A stretch of 64,000 nucleotides of DNA from an uncultured delta proteobacterium (GTDB taxonomy: Bacteria > Desulfobacterota > WTBG01 > CAIYCZ01), in NCBI GenBank assembly GCA_963803975.1, contig CAWDOY010000054.1, positions 1 to 64,000 of the forward strand, given 5' to 3'. The notes below the pieces were generated by a model, which saw nothing but the letters and a program-made list of their open reading frames with translations, was not told where the DNA came from and did no database searches. Shown here one piece after another: positions 11,154 to 21,796 of the stretch (positions are counted from its first letter, which is position 1; each line of letters begins with the position of its first letter). A program made the translations under genes and the position numbers.

Positions 11154-11981
11154 CCGCTGCAGGCCGTAGGCCACGCAAAAATCGAGCGGATACGGCAGTG
11201 CCGCCATCCGCTGCCGCTGTTTTTTCTCGATATACCGCTGCAGATCTGCCGCTGTCATGCGGGCAAATTCCGCTTCAAAAAGGTCCCGCAAGAAAGAATT
11301 TTCAAAGGACACGATAGTATCATCATGCCGTCCGGCCAGTGCCTGCTCAAAACCGGCCAGAGCATAGGCAAGACGCACATCCCCCGTTGCCCGGTAGTGA
11401 ACCAGGACATCCCTGAACAGCTTCCATTGCAGCACTTCCCGCTTAGCGTAAATACGGCCCGGCTGAACACATTTCTGGCCGCGGTGAAAGCCGAAATGGA
11501 AGGCCTGAAACGGGCCGGGATTTTTACAGTGAATCGCGGCAGGAGTTAATTCCGGATCATTGAGCTGACGTTTGGTAACTGATGCCGGGTCCACATTGTG
11601 ATCCACAAACAGCTCCTCCCCGCGATAGAGCCACCTGATGGTATTGCGGAAAATATTGAGCCCCCATATCAGCCGGTTGCAGTAGAAGTCGTGTACCTGC
11701 AGGCACAGCCAGTTCAGCAGCGGGTCCGCCTCAAACCTGCTGACAATTTTTTCAAACAGGTAGCGGTTCTCAATGACCATGTCCGCATCGACTTTAATCA
11801 TGATATCAAACTCAGCAGCGCGCTGCTCAAACGTCCGGTAGAGCGTGTCGTGAGCTTCTTTATTGGGAAGGCCCTGAATAACAACATGCTCCACGTTGCA
11901 ATAGGTCTGATTTTTTATTGAGGCACAGCATTCCTCAAACTCGTTTTCAATGGTGTACAGGGTGCCGACAAGAATGCGCAT
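11100..11981 (-). CDS. Putative GT-A fold glycosyltransferase
   Basis: SIKNQTY near N-terminus, KVDADM DxD motif, cluster context. Confidence 0.6.
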   Translation of the reverse strand: MRILVGTLYTIENEFEECCASIKNQTYCNVEHVVIQGLPNKEAHDTLYRTFEQRAAEFDIMIKVDADMVIENRYLFEKIVSRFEADPLLNWLCLQVHDFYCNRLIWGLNIFRNTIRWLYRGEELFVDHNVDPASVTKRQLNDPELTPAAIHCKNPGPFQAFHFGFHRGQKCVQPGRIYAKREVLQWKLFRDVLVHYRATGDVRLAYALAGFEQALAGRHDDTIVSFENSFLRDLFEAEFARMTAADLQRYIEKKQRQRMAALPYPLDFCVAYGLQRLLALIAAPRKGAGQLLR

Positions 11982-12064
11982 ATATTTATTACAAACCCCG
12001 TATGCCGGCTGGCAGCCGGTTTATCAGGGGCGTCGCGTTACCGTAAAGTTTCCGTTTATCAGCT

Positions 12065-13309
12065 TTACGCTGCGGCCCGCCTCTTTTCACTCATGCTACT
12101 GTTAATAAACTCAAGTATTTTCCCTGCCCGGCGCTCCCAGGTATAGCTGTTCACGTCCCTGCGGGCTTTTTCACCGATCTTCCGGGCAAATGCCGGGTCA
12201 AGAACAATATGCTGTATGCCCTGTGCCAGCGCCGCCGGATTGTCAGGCTCCACCAGGACGGCATTGACACCATCTTTGAGCACCTCCATCACCGAGGGCA
12301 ATTTTGTTGCAACAATCGGCTTTCCTGCGGCCATATACTCAAACATTTTAAGCGGAGACATGTTGAATGCATAGTGGGGTGTCCAGGGAAAGGGCATGGC
12401 AGCCAGGTCAAATGCCGCAAGATAGGAGGGCACGTCCCCTGTCGGCACCAGGTCATGAAAGGTAAAGCGCTCTCTCTTGAGCCCGAGCTCATCGATGATT
12501 GCACAGTATGAGGGCACGGCACTCATGGGCCCGCCGATACACGCAAGATAGATTGGTACCGGCGTATCAGCAACATGCTGCATTGCTTCAATCAATTCCC
12601 GTATGCCTTTTTCTTTATCCATGGTTACAAAACGCCCGACATACCCGATGAGAAATGCCTCAGGCGGTATTTTAAGCAGCGCCCGCACATCCGGTACCTT
12701 TTTTTTGTTGTTCTCAAACTGTTCCAGGTCAACAGCGTCATGCGCAACCATTATTTTTTCAGCAGGCAGCCCCCTTTGCAAAAACCTGTTTTTCAGCTGT
12801 TCGGTAAGGACGATGACTCCATTGGTCCGTTGAAAAAATAAAAACTGCAGCCATACCAGAGACTGGGGAAAGTCGTGGGCTTCATAAAAAACAGGGGTAC
12901 GCACGATTGCCGTCAGCACCCCCAGCACCATAAGCGAAAATTTGTCACGGCAGTAGATGACATCGATCGACTTTTTCCGGGTGATGATAAAATAGACTGC
13001 TGCCGCCAGATAACAAACAATACCCGCGTAAAATTGCAGCCGTGCCAGCCTTTCCCCCAGGAACGGGAGCTCAAAACAGAAGAGCTGTTTCATGGCAAAC
13101 GGAACCCGCACCCCGTAATAGGCAAATACGTCGTGTATATCCTGCGTCCATGCTGAGTTATCCCGTTTCTGATAGAGCAGCGTCACATCAGCTTCCTGCC
13201 GGGCAAAGGCCTCACACATTTTAACAATCTGGTAGGCATGGGCCTTTTCACTGGGGATGCGGGCGGTTGACAGGTATAGCATGCGCAGGGGTTTCTGTTT
13301 GTTATCCAT
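12065..13309 (-). CDS. Glycosyltransferase family 4
   Basis: AYQIVKMCEAF, GYVGRF, SPLKMFEYMAAGKPIV, YTWERRA; start taken at MDNKQ (13309). Confidence 0.88.
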   Translation of the reverse strand: MDNKQKPLRMLYLSTARIPSEKAHAYQIVKMCEAFARQEADVTLLYQKRDNSAWTQDIHDVFAYYGVRVPFAMKQLFCFELPFLGERLARLQFYAGIVCYLAAAVYFIITRKKSIDVIYCRDKFSLMVLGVLTAIVRTPVFYEAHDFPQSLVWLQFLFFQRTNGVIVLTEQLKNRFLQRGLPAEKIMVAHDAVDLEQFENNKKKVPDVRALLKIPPEAFLIGYVGRFVTMDKEKGIRELIEAMQHVADTPVPIYLACIGGPMSAVPSYCAIIDELGLKRERFTFHDLVPTGDVPSYLAAFDLAAMPFPWTPHYAFNMSPLKMFEYMAAGKPIVATKLPSVMEVLKDGVNAVLVEPDNPAALAQGIQHIVLDPAFARKIGEKARRDVNSYTWERRAGKILEFINSSMSEKRRAAA

Positions 13310-14519
13310 GGCAGACCTTATGCACCATGGCATGGTAGGACCTGAAGTAGTCCTGATAATTAAACTTTTTGAGCACCGCATTTCTACCCGCAGTTCCCAT
13401 GCGCTCAGCAAGCTGGGCATCATCAAGCAGCCGCACCATTGCATCGGCAAGGGCGCGGCTGTCCTCCGGCTCCACCAGCAGCCCGGTTTCTCCATCCGCA
13501 ATGATCTCGGGGATACCGCCGACCCGGGAGGCAATCACCGGTTTCCCGAGAAACTGCGCTTCTATGGCCACGCGTCCCAGGCCCTCGGTGAGAGATGGCA
13601 GCACCAGGGCACGGCTTCCCTTAATGTATGCAGCAAGAACCGTTTGCTCAAGAAACCCCGCGAACATGACCTGCTGGGAAAGACCGAGTTCCTGAGCCAG
13701 TGATTTGAGGTTCTCTTCTTCCCTGCCTTGCCCGGCTATAACCAGTTTTGCCCCGGGATGCTTGAGCTGCACTTCTTTGAATGCCTTAATGAGATACTGT
13801 ATGCCTTTCAAATAAATGAGCATGCCGACAAAAATAACATACGGCCCTCCGACTGTTTTTGCTGCCTCCTGTACTGTTTCCGGCATGGGATCGGAAAAAC
13901 TGTCAAGGTCAGTAAAGGTCGGAAACACAAAAACCGGCTTTTTATTATCAGGAACGAGGCTGCGGCAATACTCGGATATTACCCGGTAGGCATCAGCCTG
14001 GGAAAGGCTTACGCTCCCCACCAGCTTTCGCAGCGGCTTTTCCAGCCAGGCAAACGGCGCATAGTGATGATAGAGCATGGCGCCTGCTCCCCAGTCGCTG
14101 TGCACCTCCACAATGAGCCGGGGCTTTTTATGTGACCAAAACAGTTTCCAGGGCAGAAGCGCAAGCGCCGGAGCCAGGGCCTCATACGGGCTCTGGGCGA
14201 TGATTGCCCGGTATGTCCCGCGCAGGGCACCATTCAGGGTATAAAAAAATGAATAGATAAAGTGCAGGCCGTAACGCAGCAGGCGCGGCATGTCCGAGGG
14301 CAGCAGCACTAAGCAGGAACCGGCAAACGCAAACTTCTGGAAGCTGCTGCCATTGCCAAAGGATATGATGGTTGACTGCAAAAGGGGTGCAAGCCCGCGC
14401 CATTTTTTTTCTGAAGTCGGGTCTGGAGGGTTTGCGTACCGGGCGCTGCTCAGGAAAAGAACCGGAATCGGTTTTGCGGCAGCAGTGCCCCGGCTGCTGC
14501 CGCTGCAATGCGGCCGCAT
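13302..14519 (-). CDS. Glycosyltransferase family 4
   Basis: FVGMLIYLKG, LPSLTEGLGRVAIEA, VGGIPEII. Confidence 0.88.
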   Translation of the reverse strand: MRPHCSGSSRGTAAAKPIPVLFLSSARYANPPDPTSEKKWRGLAPLLQSTIISFGNGSSFQKFAFAGSCLVLLPSDMPRLLRYGLHFIYSFFYTLNGALRGTYRAIIAQSPYEALAPALALLPWKLFWSHKKPRLIVEVHSDWGAGAMLYHHYAPFAWLEKPLRKLVGSVSLSQADAYRVISEYCRSLVPDNKKPVFVFPTFTDLDSFSDPMPETVQEAAKTVGGPYVIFVGMLIYLKGIQYLIKAFKEVQLKHPGAKLVIAGQGREEENLKSLAQELGLSQQVMFAGFLEQTVLAAYIKGSRALVLPSLTEGLGRVAIEAQFLGKPVIASRVGGIPEIIADGETGLLVEPEDSRALADAMVRLLDDAQLAERMGTAGRNAVLKKFNYQDYFRSYHAMVHKVCHG

Positions 14520-15653
14520 GCTGCGGCCAATACTGCTTCAGTCTGCGCAACCAGGTTTGCCCAGGAGAATTTTTCAAGGCTTGCAGTTCCGCTCTCCTTC
14601 AGCCGGGCGCATAACCCTGCATCTTCCAGAAGGCGCTGCAGGGCAGTGCGCAGCGCGCGCTGATCACCTGCCGGGATGAGCAGCCCGTTGTATTCATGCT
14701 GAATGAGCTCGCCGGTGCCGCCCACATCGGTTGCTATAACCGGAACGCGTGACCGGAGGGCTTCAAGAACAATATGGGGGAGCCCCTCGTAGGTTGAGTT
14801 CAGGACGAAGAGATCAGCATTCGTAAGCAGTGCCAGCAGATTTTGCCGGGAAAGATTTCCCGCAAGGCTCACCCGATCCTGCAGTTTATTTTCTGTAATA
14901 ATGTTTTGCAAATGCTCTCTTTCCGGTCCCTCTCCCGCGATGATGAGCTGCACGCCGGGGAAAAATTCCATCACGTCGATGAGCCCGGCAAAACCTTTCC
15001 AGGGAACAAGGCGGCCAGCGGTGACAATCTTTTTGCTGCCCCTGATTGCCGGGGGGGGATCAGCCTGCTTTCCAACAGCCCTTTGCAACTCTTCATCTAC
15101 GGCATTATAAATGACGGTTATTTTTTTCTCGGGGATTCCCCAGCCGCTCACTATTTTTTTGAGATAGGTGCTGGGGGTTATTATTACCGAGCTTTTTTTA
15201 ACCCAGAAGGTTCTCAGGCTTTTGAGACCCTCGATTTTCATGCCGTAGGTTTTATTCTGAAAATCATCGAGGCGGTCTGTAACGGCACTGAACGTGGCAG
15301 CGCGCTCCCAGGCAAGGTCACCAACTATTTTCTGCACCAGCGGCTTACGCAGGAACAGGTTTGCCAGCACCGCTTCCAGCGCCAGCCCGTTAACAAACAG
15401 AACATCTGCGGCTCTTCCCTGCCGGATAATGAGTGCAATGGTTTGCAGCATCGCGCATAACACGCGCGGCAGGGCGCAGAATGCGGATAACGGGGAACAG
15501 GTACCCGGAATCATCATGGGTAAGGACATCGCTCAGCGTCAGCACGGTGACAGCATGTCCCTTTTCAACAAGCGATGCAGAAACAGCAGGCACATAGCTT
15601 GCCGGCCCGCCAATGTCCGGCGGAAATATCGGGGTGATAACCAGGATCTTCAT
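14450..15653 (-). CDS. Glycosyltransferase family 4 (frameshifted; ORFs 15390..15653 and 14450..15529)
   Basis: FPPDIGGPASY N-terminus; GRLVPWKG, YEGLPHIVLEA. Confidence 0.8.
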
Positions 15654-16301
15654 GCCGCGTTTTTCTTTTTTCCCAATGCGTTTTTATGCCGGGGCTCCTG
15701 CCCTTTGGGCAGTGCCGCGTCTTTGAGAGAAAGAATTTTATCTTCCGGTATTTCCAAGCGGGTGAGCTTCATGATGATATCATGTGGTGCCTCAAATGAG
15801 GTTATAATGATCTTATCAAAGCTCATCCTGCTGAGATCAGCATCTGTGCCCACGTTCCGTTTCATAAATACGCTGCCGGCATGGGATTCATCAATAACGC
15901 CTGTCAGCCTCATCTGCTTCTGCTGCAGCAGAATGTAGGCAATTTCTGCTATCTCGCCAATGCCGTAAAATACAATATTTTTTACCCCCTCCTGCTCAAG
16001 CTCTGCGTATGCCCCGGATATGGTCTGTTTGGCCTGTTTATAGAAGTTAATTGAATACTGCAGATAGTGTAAGGGTAAGGCGGCTTTTTTCAGCTATGCC
16101 CTGGGGAGTGAGAAGATATTTTGCCCGGTCGCGCGGGATGGTGGTCAGTTTGATATAGCCCTTGCGTGCGATTCTTTTAATAAAAGCATTAGTGAGGCCA
16201 AGCGAGATACCCAGCAGCCCGGCAATTTCGGGCTGAGTTATCCTGTTGTTTTCTTCGATTCTACTAAGAATCTCCAGTGTATAGCGTTCGTCTTTTTCCA
16301 T
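15650..16301 (-). CDS. EPS-associated MarR-type winged-helix regulator with C-terminal Rossmann-like domain (frameshift near 16050)
   Basis: ITQPEIAGLLGISLGLTN...KYLLTPQGIAEKSRLT, then IVFYGIGEIAEIAY in the next frame. Confidence 0.8.
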
Positions 16302-16313
16302 AGGCCAATAAAG

Positions 16314-16378
16314 TTTCAAATTATGAAAATTTTAAGTTACCACAAAGCATCTGTCAAGAAAAATTTCAATAATTGAAA
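16314..16378 (-). promoter_or_regulatory. sigma70 promoter flanked by two TTTCA-N5-TGAAA operators
   Basis: Minus strand TTGACA (16357-16352), 17 nt, TAAAAT (16334-16329); palindromes at 16314-16328 and 16364-16378. Confidence 0.65.
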
Positions 16379-16408
16379 ATTTATTCAAGTGAAGCTGTTT
16401 TAAACTGT

Positions 16409-16437
16409 TTGACACCTGAATAGTTTATATATAAATT
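16409..16437 (+). promoter_or_regulatory. sigma70 promoter for the MarR gene
   Basis: TTGACA at 16409-16414, 17 nt, TAAATT. Confidence 0.5.
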
Positions 16438-16575
16438 ATTTGTAAGGCTTTAGTTAGTCTCGGGAAAAGATTGGCTTTCATATAGAAGGCTGCAGGGCTT
16501 TGCAACCGAACTGCCGTAAACTAGCGCCACAGTGATTAACTGAAGGAGCAGAAGCTGCTCTTAAAAAGGGATGCC

Positions 16576-17038
16576 ATGGAAAAGGATGCAAAAATTCGCG
16601 AGACCATGCTGTGGGTGCGTCTCGCGGTAACATTCAACCTTCTCTATCAGGAGATAAAAAAAGATCTTTCCAATGAAGACTTGACCTTTGCGCAGCTTGA
16701 TATCCTGGTGTGCCTGAACAGAACCAAAGGTCTGCCGCTGACCGAAGTGGCTGACCGGCTGCTGGTGACCGGCGGCAACGTGACCGGCATCGTTGACCGG
16801 ATGGAAAAAGCCGGTCTTGTGACGCGGCAGCGGGATAACAAGGACAGAAGAAAAGTCTGGGCGCGACTCACGGAGACAAGGCTACGAGGTATACCGGCAG
16901 CTGATGCCGCGCTACATTGAAACCATGCAAAAGGTCAACGCATATTTGACGCCGGCAGAGAAAAAAGAGTTGATGCGGCTGCTTAAAAAACTGGGCGCCG
17001 GCGCACGGAAAAAAGAGAATACTGACGCCGAACACTGA
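16576..17038 (+). CDS. MarR family transcriptional regulator (frameshift near 16875)
   Basis: LTFAQLDIL, GNVTGIVDRMEKAGLV, DRRKVWARLT; C-terminal helix continues in another frame to TGA 17038. Confidence 0.85.
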
Positions 17039-17186
17039 TTGTTTCGGCACACCCCCTGCGTTTTCCCACGGAAGGTTTCAATATCGCCGGGCAGAGAAAA
17101 ATGATATAATATTATATTTTAAGATTTCCGGCACGACTGAGCACGGTGGTACCGGACTGGCGGGCCTCTTCAACAGGCTTTGAACA

Positions 17187-18218
17187 ATGCGCGTAGCACA
17201 ATATTACAGCAATAAAGATGTACGGCTGGAAGAGATGGCAGTACCTGCGATCGGGCCGGGGGAGCTGCTGGTAAAAATCTTTGCCAGCGGCATCTGCGGC
17301 AGCGATGTCATGGAATGGTACCGCAGGCACAAAGCCCCTCTGGTGCTTGGCCATGAGATAGCGGGCGAAGTTGTTGCCGCAGGACCGGGCGTCAAAGCAT
17401 TCAGCGTGGGCGACCGCATTGCCGCCACCCATCATGTGCCCTGCTTTACCTGCCATTACTGCCTCAGCGGTCATGAGACCGCCTGCGACACCCTGCTCTC
17501 AGGGACTCATTTTGATCCGGGCGGGTTCTGCGAATATGCGCGTCTTCCCGCCATAAACGTGGAGCGGGGCACCTGGAAGATTCCGGACGCAGTAAGCTTT
17601 GATGAGGCAACCTTTGTTGAGCCCCTGGCCTGCGTGCTGCGGGGTCAGGTCAAGGCCGGCTTAAAGCCCGCGCAAAGCGTGCTGGTGCTGGGCAGCGGTA
17701 TCTCCGGGGTGCTGCATGTAAGCCTTGCCCGGGCGCTGGGGGCAGGCCTTATTGCAGCAACGGATGTGAGTGAAAAACGGCTGCAGGCAGCGCTTCGCTT
17801 TGGAGCTGATTATGCTTTCCCTGCCGCAGAGAATATACCGGCGCTGTTTCGCGAGCAGAACAGCGGCTACGGGGCTGATCTGGTGCTGGTTTGCGCGGGG
17901 GCAGTGCCCGCCATAGAGCAGGCGCTGCAGGCAGTTGAGCGCGGCGGCACCATTGTGATGTTTGCCCCGACCATGGCGGGCGTCACCATCCCGCTCTCCG
18001 TCAATGAGCTGTTCTGGCGCAGAGATGTTACGGTGACTACGTCCTACGCCGGGAGCCCGGCTGACTGCGTGCAGGCGCTTGAGTTGATCCGGCTGCAGCG
18101 ACTGCCGGTGGCTGACATGATAACCCATCGTTTCGGGCTGGCAGACGCCGGCGCAGGATTCCGGCTGGTGGAACAGGCGGATACTTCAATAAAAGTTATC
18201 ATACGGCCGCAGGAATAG
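17187..18218 (+). CDS. Zn-dependent medium-chain (polyol/threonine-type) dehydrogenase
   Basis: GICGSD, GHE, CFTCHYC..C structural zinc site, EPLAC. Confidence 0.9.
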   Translation: MRVAQYYSNKDVRLEEMAVPAIGPGELLVKIFASGICGSDVMEWYRRHKAPLVLGHEIAGEVVAAGPGVKAFSVGDRIAATHHVPCFTCHYCLSGHETACDTLLSGTHFDPGGFCEYARLPAINVERGTWKIPDAVSFDEATFVEPLACVLRGQVKAGLKPAQSVLVLGSGISGVLHVSLARALGAGLIAATDVSEKRLQAALRFGADYAFPAAENIPALFREQNSGYGADLVLVCAGAVPAIEQALQAVERGGTIVMFAPTMAGVTIPLSVNELFWRRDVTVTTSYAGSPADCVQALELIRLQRLPVADMITHRFGLADAGAGFRLVEQADTSIKVIIRPQE

Positions 18219-18267
18219 ATAATACAACGAGGCCCATGTACGCCTCAATTACAGGGAGGAACACGGT

Positions 18268-19179
18268 ATGCCAGAAGCTGACAAGGAAGGGAAAAATTAT
18301 TTTCTCGACACCCCGATAACAACCGAGGGCTTTTTTTTAAAGGGCTCAAACTCCCTTGACTGGGGGATGAAGAACCGCCTGTCGCGGATATTTAATCCCA
18401 AGACCGGCCGCACCGTGATGCTGGCCATTGATCACGGCTATTTTCAGGGGCCGACCACCGGGCTGGAGCGCATTGATGTGACCATTGTCCCGCTCATGCC
18501 CTATGCCGACACGCTGATGCTGACGCGCGGCATTCTGCGCTCCACCATCCCTCCGACCTATGGCGGCGGCATTGTGATCCGCGCCAGCGGCGGCCCGAGC
18601 ATTTTACGGGACCTTTCAAACGAACAGCTCGCCGTGGATATAGAAGATGCGCTGCGTATGAATGTAGCAGCCATGGCGGTGCAGGTTTTTATCGGCGGCG
18701 AATTTGAAACCCAGTCGGTGCATAATATGACGCGGCTGGTGGATGCCGGCACCCGCTACGGCATGCCGGTGCTGGCCGTAACTGCCGTGGGCAAGGATAT
18801 GGTGCGTGATGCCCGGTATTTCCGGCTGGCCTGCAGAATCTGCGCAGAGCTCGGGGCCCATTACGTTAAGACCTATTACCTGGAAGAGGGATTTGATACT
18901 GTTGCAGCATCGTGTCCGGTGCCGCTGGTCATGGCCGGGGGCAAGAAGATACCGGAACTTGATGCGCTTACCATGTCATATAAGGCCATTCAGGAAGGCG
19001 CTGCCGGGGTTGATATGGGCCGCAATATTTTTCAGTCTGCTGCGCCCCGTGCCATGATCAAGGCAGTGCGGGGCGTGGTGCATGATAACCTGAAACCCAG
19101 GGAGGCGTATCAGCTGTTTCTTGAGCTGAAGCAGCAGGAAGAAAAGACAGCAAAAAAAAAGATTGCTGCTAAAAAATAA
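18268..19179 (+). CDS. lsrF: 3-hydroxy-5-phosphonooxypentane-2,4-dione thiolase, LsrF family
   Basis: [51 protein letters not shown]. Confidence 0.9.
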   Translation: MPEADKEGKNYFLDTPITTEGFFLKGSNSLDWGMKNRLSRIFNPKTGRTVMLAIDHGYFQGPTTGLERIDVTIVPLMPYADTLMLTRGILRSTIPPTYGGGIVIRASGGPSILRDLSNEQLAVDIEDALRMNVAAMAVQVFIGGEFETQSVHNMTRLVDAGTRYGMPVLAVTAVGKDMVRDARYFRLACRICAELGAHYVKTYYLEEGFDTVAASCPVPLVMAGGKKIPELDALTMSYKAIQEGAAGVDMGRNIFQSAAPRAMIKAVRGVVHDNLKPREAYQLFLELKQQEEKTAKKKIAAKK

Positions 19180-19239
19180 TAATCTTGCTGCGGAAGACGC
19201 TTACCGGAATAACAGGCGGCGCCGCTATTTGAGTTAACG

Positions 19240-20221
19240 ATGGCCACCAGAGCAGAAGATAAGGCAGCGCAGGACATTATCAGCATCGGCAGGACGGCTT
19301 ACGCGAAGAATCTTGTTGCCGCCCGGGCCGGCAATCTGAGCATTCGCCTTGGCGCTGACCGGTTCATGATAACCGGGCAGGGCGCGGCGCTGGGCTTTCT
19401 CTGCAGGCGGGACCTCATTATAACTGATCTTGACGGCAGGAAGAAACAGGGGTCTGGCGGCCCTTCGTTTGAGACCGGGCTGCACTCCGCACTCTATAAA
19501 AACCTGGATGCGCGGGCGGTTGTTCACCTTCACCCTCCCTTCACCCTTGCCCTCATTGATGCGCAGCGCGTTCTCAAGCCGGTCACGTTTGAAGCTGCGC
19601 TGTTTCTGGGAACGGTTCCGGTTATTCCCCAGCAGGCACCCAACGTGATTGACACGACACCGGTGGTTGCGGCGCTTTCCCTGAATAATATTGTCATCCT
19701 GAAAAACCATGGCGTGGTGAGCGTGGGGGAGACGCTGCGGGATGCTTTTTTCCTTGCCGAGCTTTTAGAAGAGTCAGCCCGCATGAATATTTTTACCAGC
19801 CTTCTACGCAAGGCTGAAAAGAAGCCTGCGGGAAGAGCCCCCGCAGCAGGAAAAAGAGAAACCAGTAGCGCTGTTTTCAAAAGCGCATTGGTCACGGCTG
19901 AAAGCAGTACTGAACCGTGAGCGTCTGCAGCAGCCCGGCCTGATTTCACTTGCGATAAAACAGTCTGATACTGGTATGGCATACACGCTGGTTTTTAAAG
20001 ACGGCAAGCTATCCCTGCGGGCCGGCGCAGAAAAAAGTTCGTTACTATTATCAGGAACAGGGACAGTCTGGAGGTCAATCTTCAAAGGGTTGATGGACCC
20101 CTTTACCGCGGTCATCCAGCACAAGATGAGCCTGGAAGGTTCAATGCAGGAGTTTTTACAGCTCTATCCTTTGCTGCGAACTGTTTTTAAGGTATGGCAG
20201 ACCATCCCGGTTAGCACCTGA
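19240..20221 (+). CDS. Class II aldolase/adducin protein, probably fused to a C-terminal SCP2-like domain (frameshift near 19855)
   Basis: GNLSIR, PSFETGLH, VVHLHPP, LKNHG; alternative frame LFSKAHWSRLKAVLN...WRSIFKGLMDPFTAVIQHKMSLEG. Confidence 0.7.
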
Positions 20222-20240
20222 ACAGGAAACAGTATCTGCT

Positions 20241-21743
20241 ATGAATGTAAGCGAAACATTACGCACTACAGCTGAGCTGCATCCGCATAAAACAGCTCTT
20301 ATCTACGGACAGAAGAAAATCTCGTATGGCGAGCTCAATACCATGGCCAGCCGCCTGGCACAGGCCTTGTCACAGAAGGGAGTGCGCAAAGGGTCTCCGG
20401 TCATCCTCATGCTGCACAACTCCTGGGAATTTGTGGTGGGTTATTTCAGCATTGCCCGGCTGGGCGCAGTCACCGTGCCCATTGATGTGCGCTTGAAAGG
20501 CGACGAGCTTTCCTCCATCATTGCTGATTCCGGAGCCCGGTTCCTGATTGTCCACCAGAGCCTGCGGGACGCTTCGCAGCCCATATTTGAAAAGTATTTT
20601 TCCCCCGGCCATACGATCATCGCTGCTGACCGGGAGGCTGCGCAGGAATTCGGCGCCATTATTGATAACGGCGGTCTGAGATGGAATAACAGCGTTGACC
20701 TCCGTGATGAGGATGAAGCGCTCTACTATTATACCTCCGGCACTACCGGGAAACCCAAGGGCGTGGTTCTCAGCTGCGGTAATTTAGACTGGTTCCAGAA
20801 AGGCATTACCCCGTACACAACGGCGGAAGACGTGGTGGGCTATGTGCTGCCCATGTCCCATGTGTCAGGCACCCTGGTGTGCAATGAGATAGCCTATCGG
20901 GGGTCAACCCTGTGTATTTTTGATAACCTGCGGCCTGATAAAATTCTCCATGCCCTGCAGGACCAGAAGGTGAGCTGGTTTTTCAGCGTGCCGCCGATTT
21001 TTGAAGCCATGCTCCGGGTTCCGCACCTTGCATCATACCGGCTGGACTCCCTGCGCTGGATTGCCATGATGGGAACATCGGTGCCGGTAGTGCTGATGGA
21101 GCGGTTTCACGAGCAGTTTCCTGCAACCACCGTCATTCAGGGATACGGGCTCACCGAGACGCACGGCCCCTTCACCCTGGTTCCGCTGGATAAGGCGGAT
21201 CTAAAGCGCGGCAGTGCCGGGGTTCCGATTCCCGGAGCAGAAGTCCGGGTGATAGACGCGGCAGGACGGGAACTGCCTGCGGGAGAGAGCGGAGAAATTA
21301 TGGTGCGGGGACCGATGGTGATGAAGGGCTATCATAACGACCCTGAGAGCACCCGGGAGCGGATCAGTGACGGGTGGCTGTACACGGGGGATATCGGCCG
21401 CTTTGATGAAGACGGATTTCTTTACCACCTGGGGAGAAAAGATGATATGATAATTGTCGGCGGGCTTAATGTCTTTCCTGCCGAGATTGAAAACATATTA
21501 AAACAGCATCCCCAGGTATACGAGGTTGCTGCTGTCGGGGTGCCGGATCAAGACCGGGGAGCGGAGATACAGGCATTCGTAGTTTTGACCGGCAGCGCAA
21601 CAGCCACTGAGAAGGAGCTTATTTCTTTTTGCCGGCAGCGCCTGGCAAGCTATAAGGTGCCCCGGGCAGTAGCATTCAGGAAGACCCTGCCCCGGACCAG
21701 CACCGGGAAAATAGCCCGGCGGCTGCTTATAAATGGGGAATAG
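20241..21743 (+). CDS. Long-chain-fatty-acid--CoA ligase (AMP-binding family)
   Basis: YTSGTTGKPKG, GYGLTET, WLYTGD, PRTSTGKI. Confidence 0.9.
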   Translation: MNVSETLRTTAELHPHKTALIYGQKKISYGELNTMASRLAQALSQKGVRKGSPVILMLHNSWEFVVGYFSIARLGAVTVPIDVRLKGDELSSIIADSGARFLIVHQSLRDASQPIFEKYFSPGHTIIAADREAAQEFGAIIDNGGLRWNNSVDLRDEDEALYYYTSGTTGKPKGVVLSCGNLDWFQKGITPYTTAEDVVGYVLPMSHVSGTLVCNEIAYRGSTLCIFDNLRPDKILHALQDQKVSWFFSVPPIFEAMLRVPHLASYRLDSLRWIAMMGTSVPVVLMERFHEQFPATTVIQGYGLTETHGPFTLVPLDKADLKRGSAGVPIPGAEVRVIDAAGRELPAGESGEIMVRGPMVMKGYHNDPESTRERISDGWLYTGDIGRFDEDGFLYHLGRKDDMIIVGGLNVFPAEIENILKQHPQVYEVAAVGVPDQDRGAEIQAFVVLTGSATATEKELISFCRQRLASYKVPRAVAFRKTLPRTSTGKIARRLLINGE

Positions 21744-21796
21744 GCAATGAGGGAATGAGGGACTGGGGTTTACAGGTTTCATGAACGAGGAAGAAC

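Noticed and set aside
18268..19179. AI-2 quorum-sensing operon
   Set aside because: No lsrK, lsrR, lsrG or lsrACDB in the window
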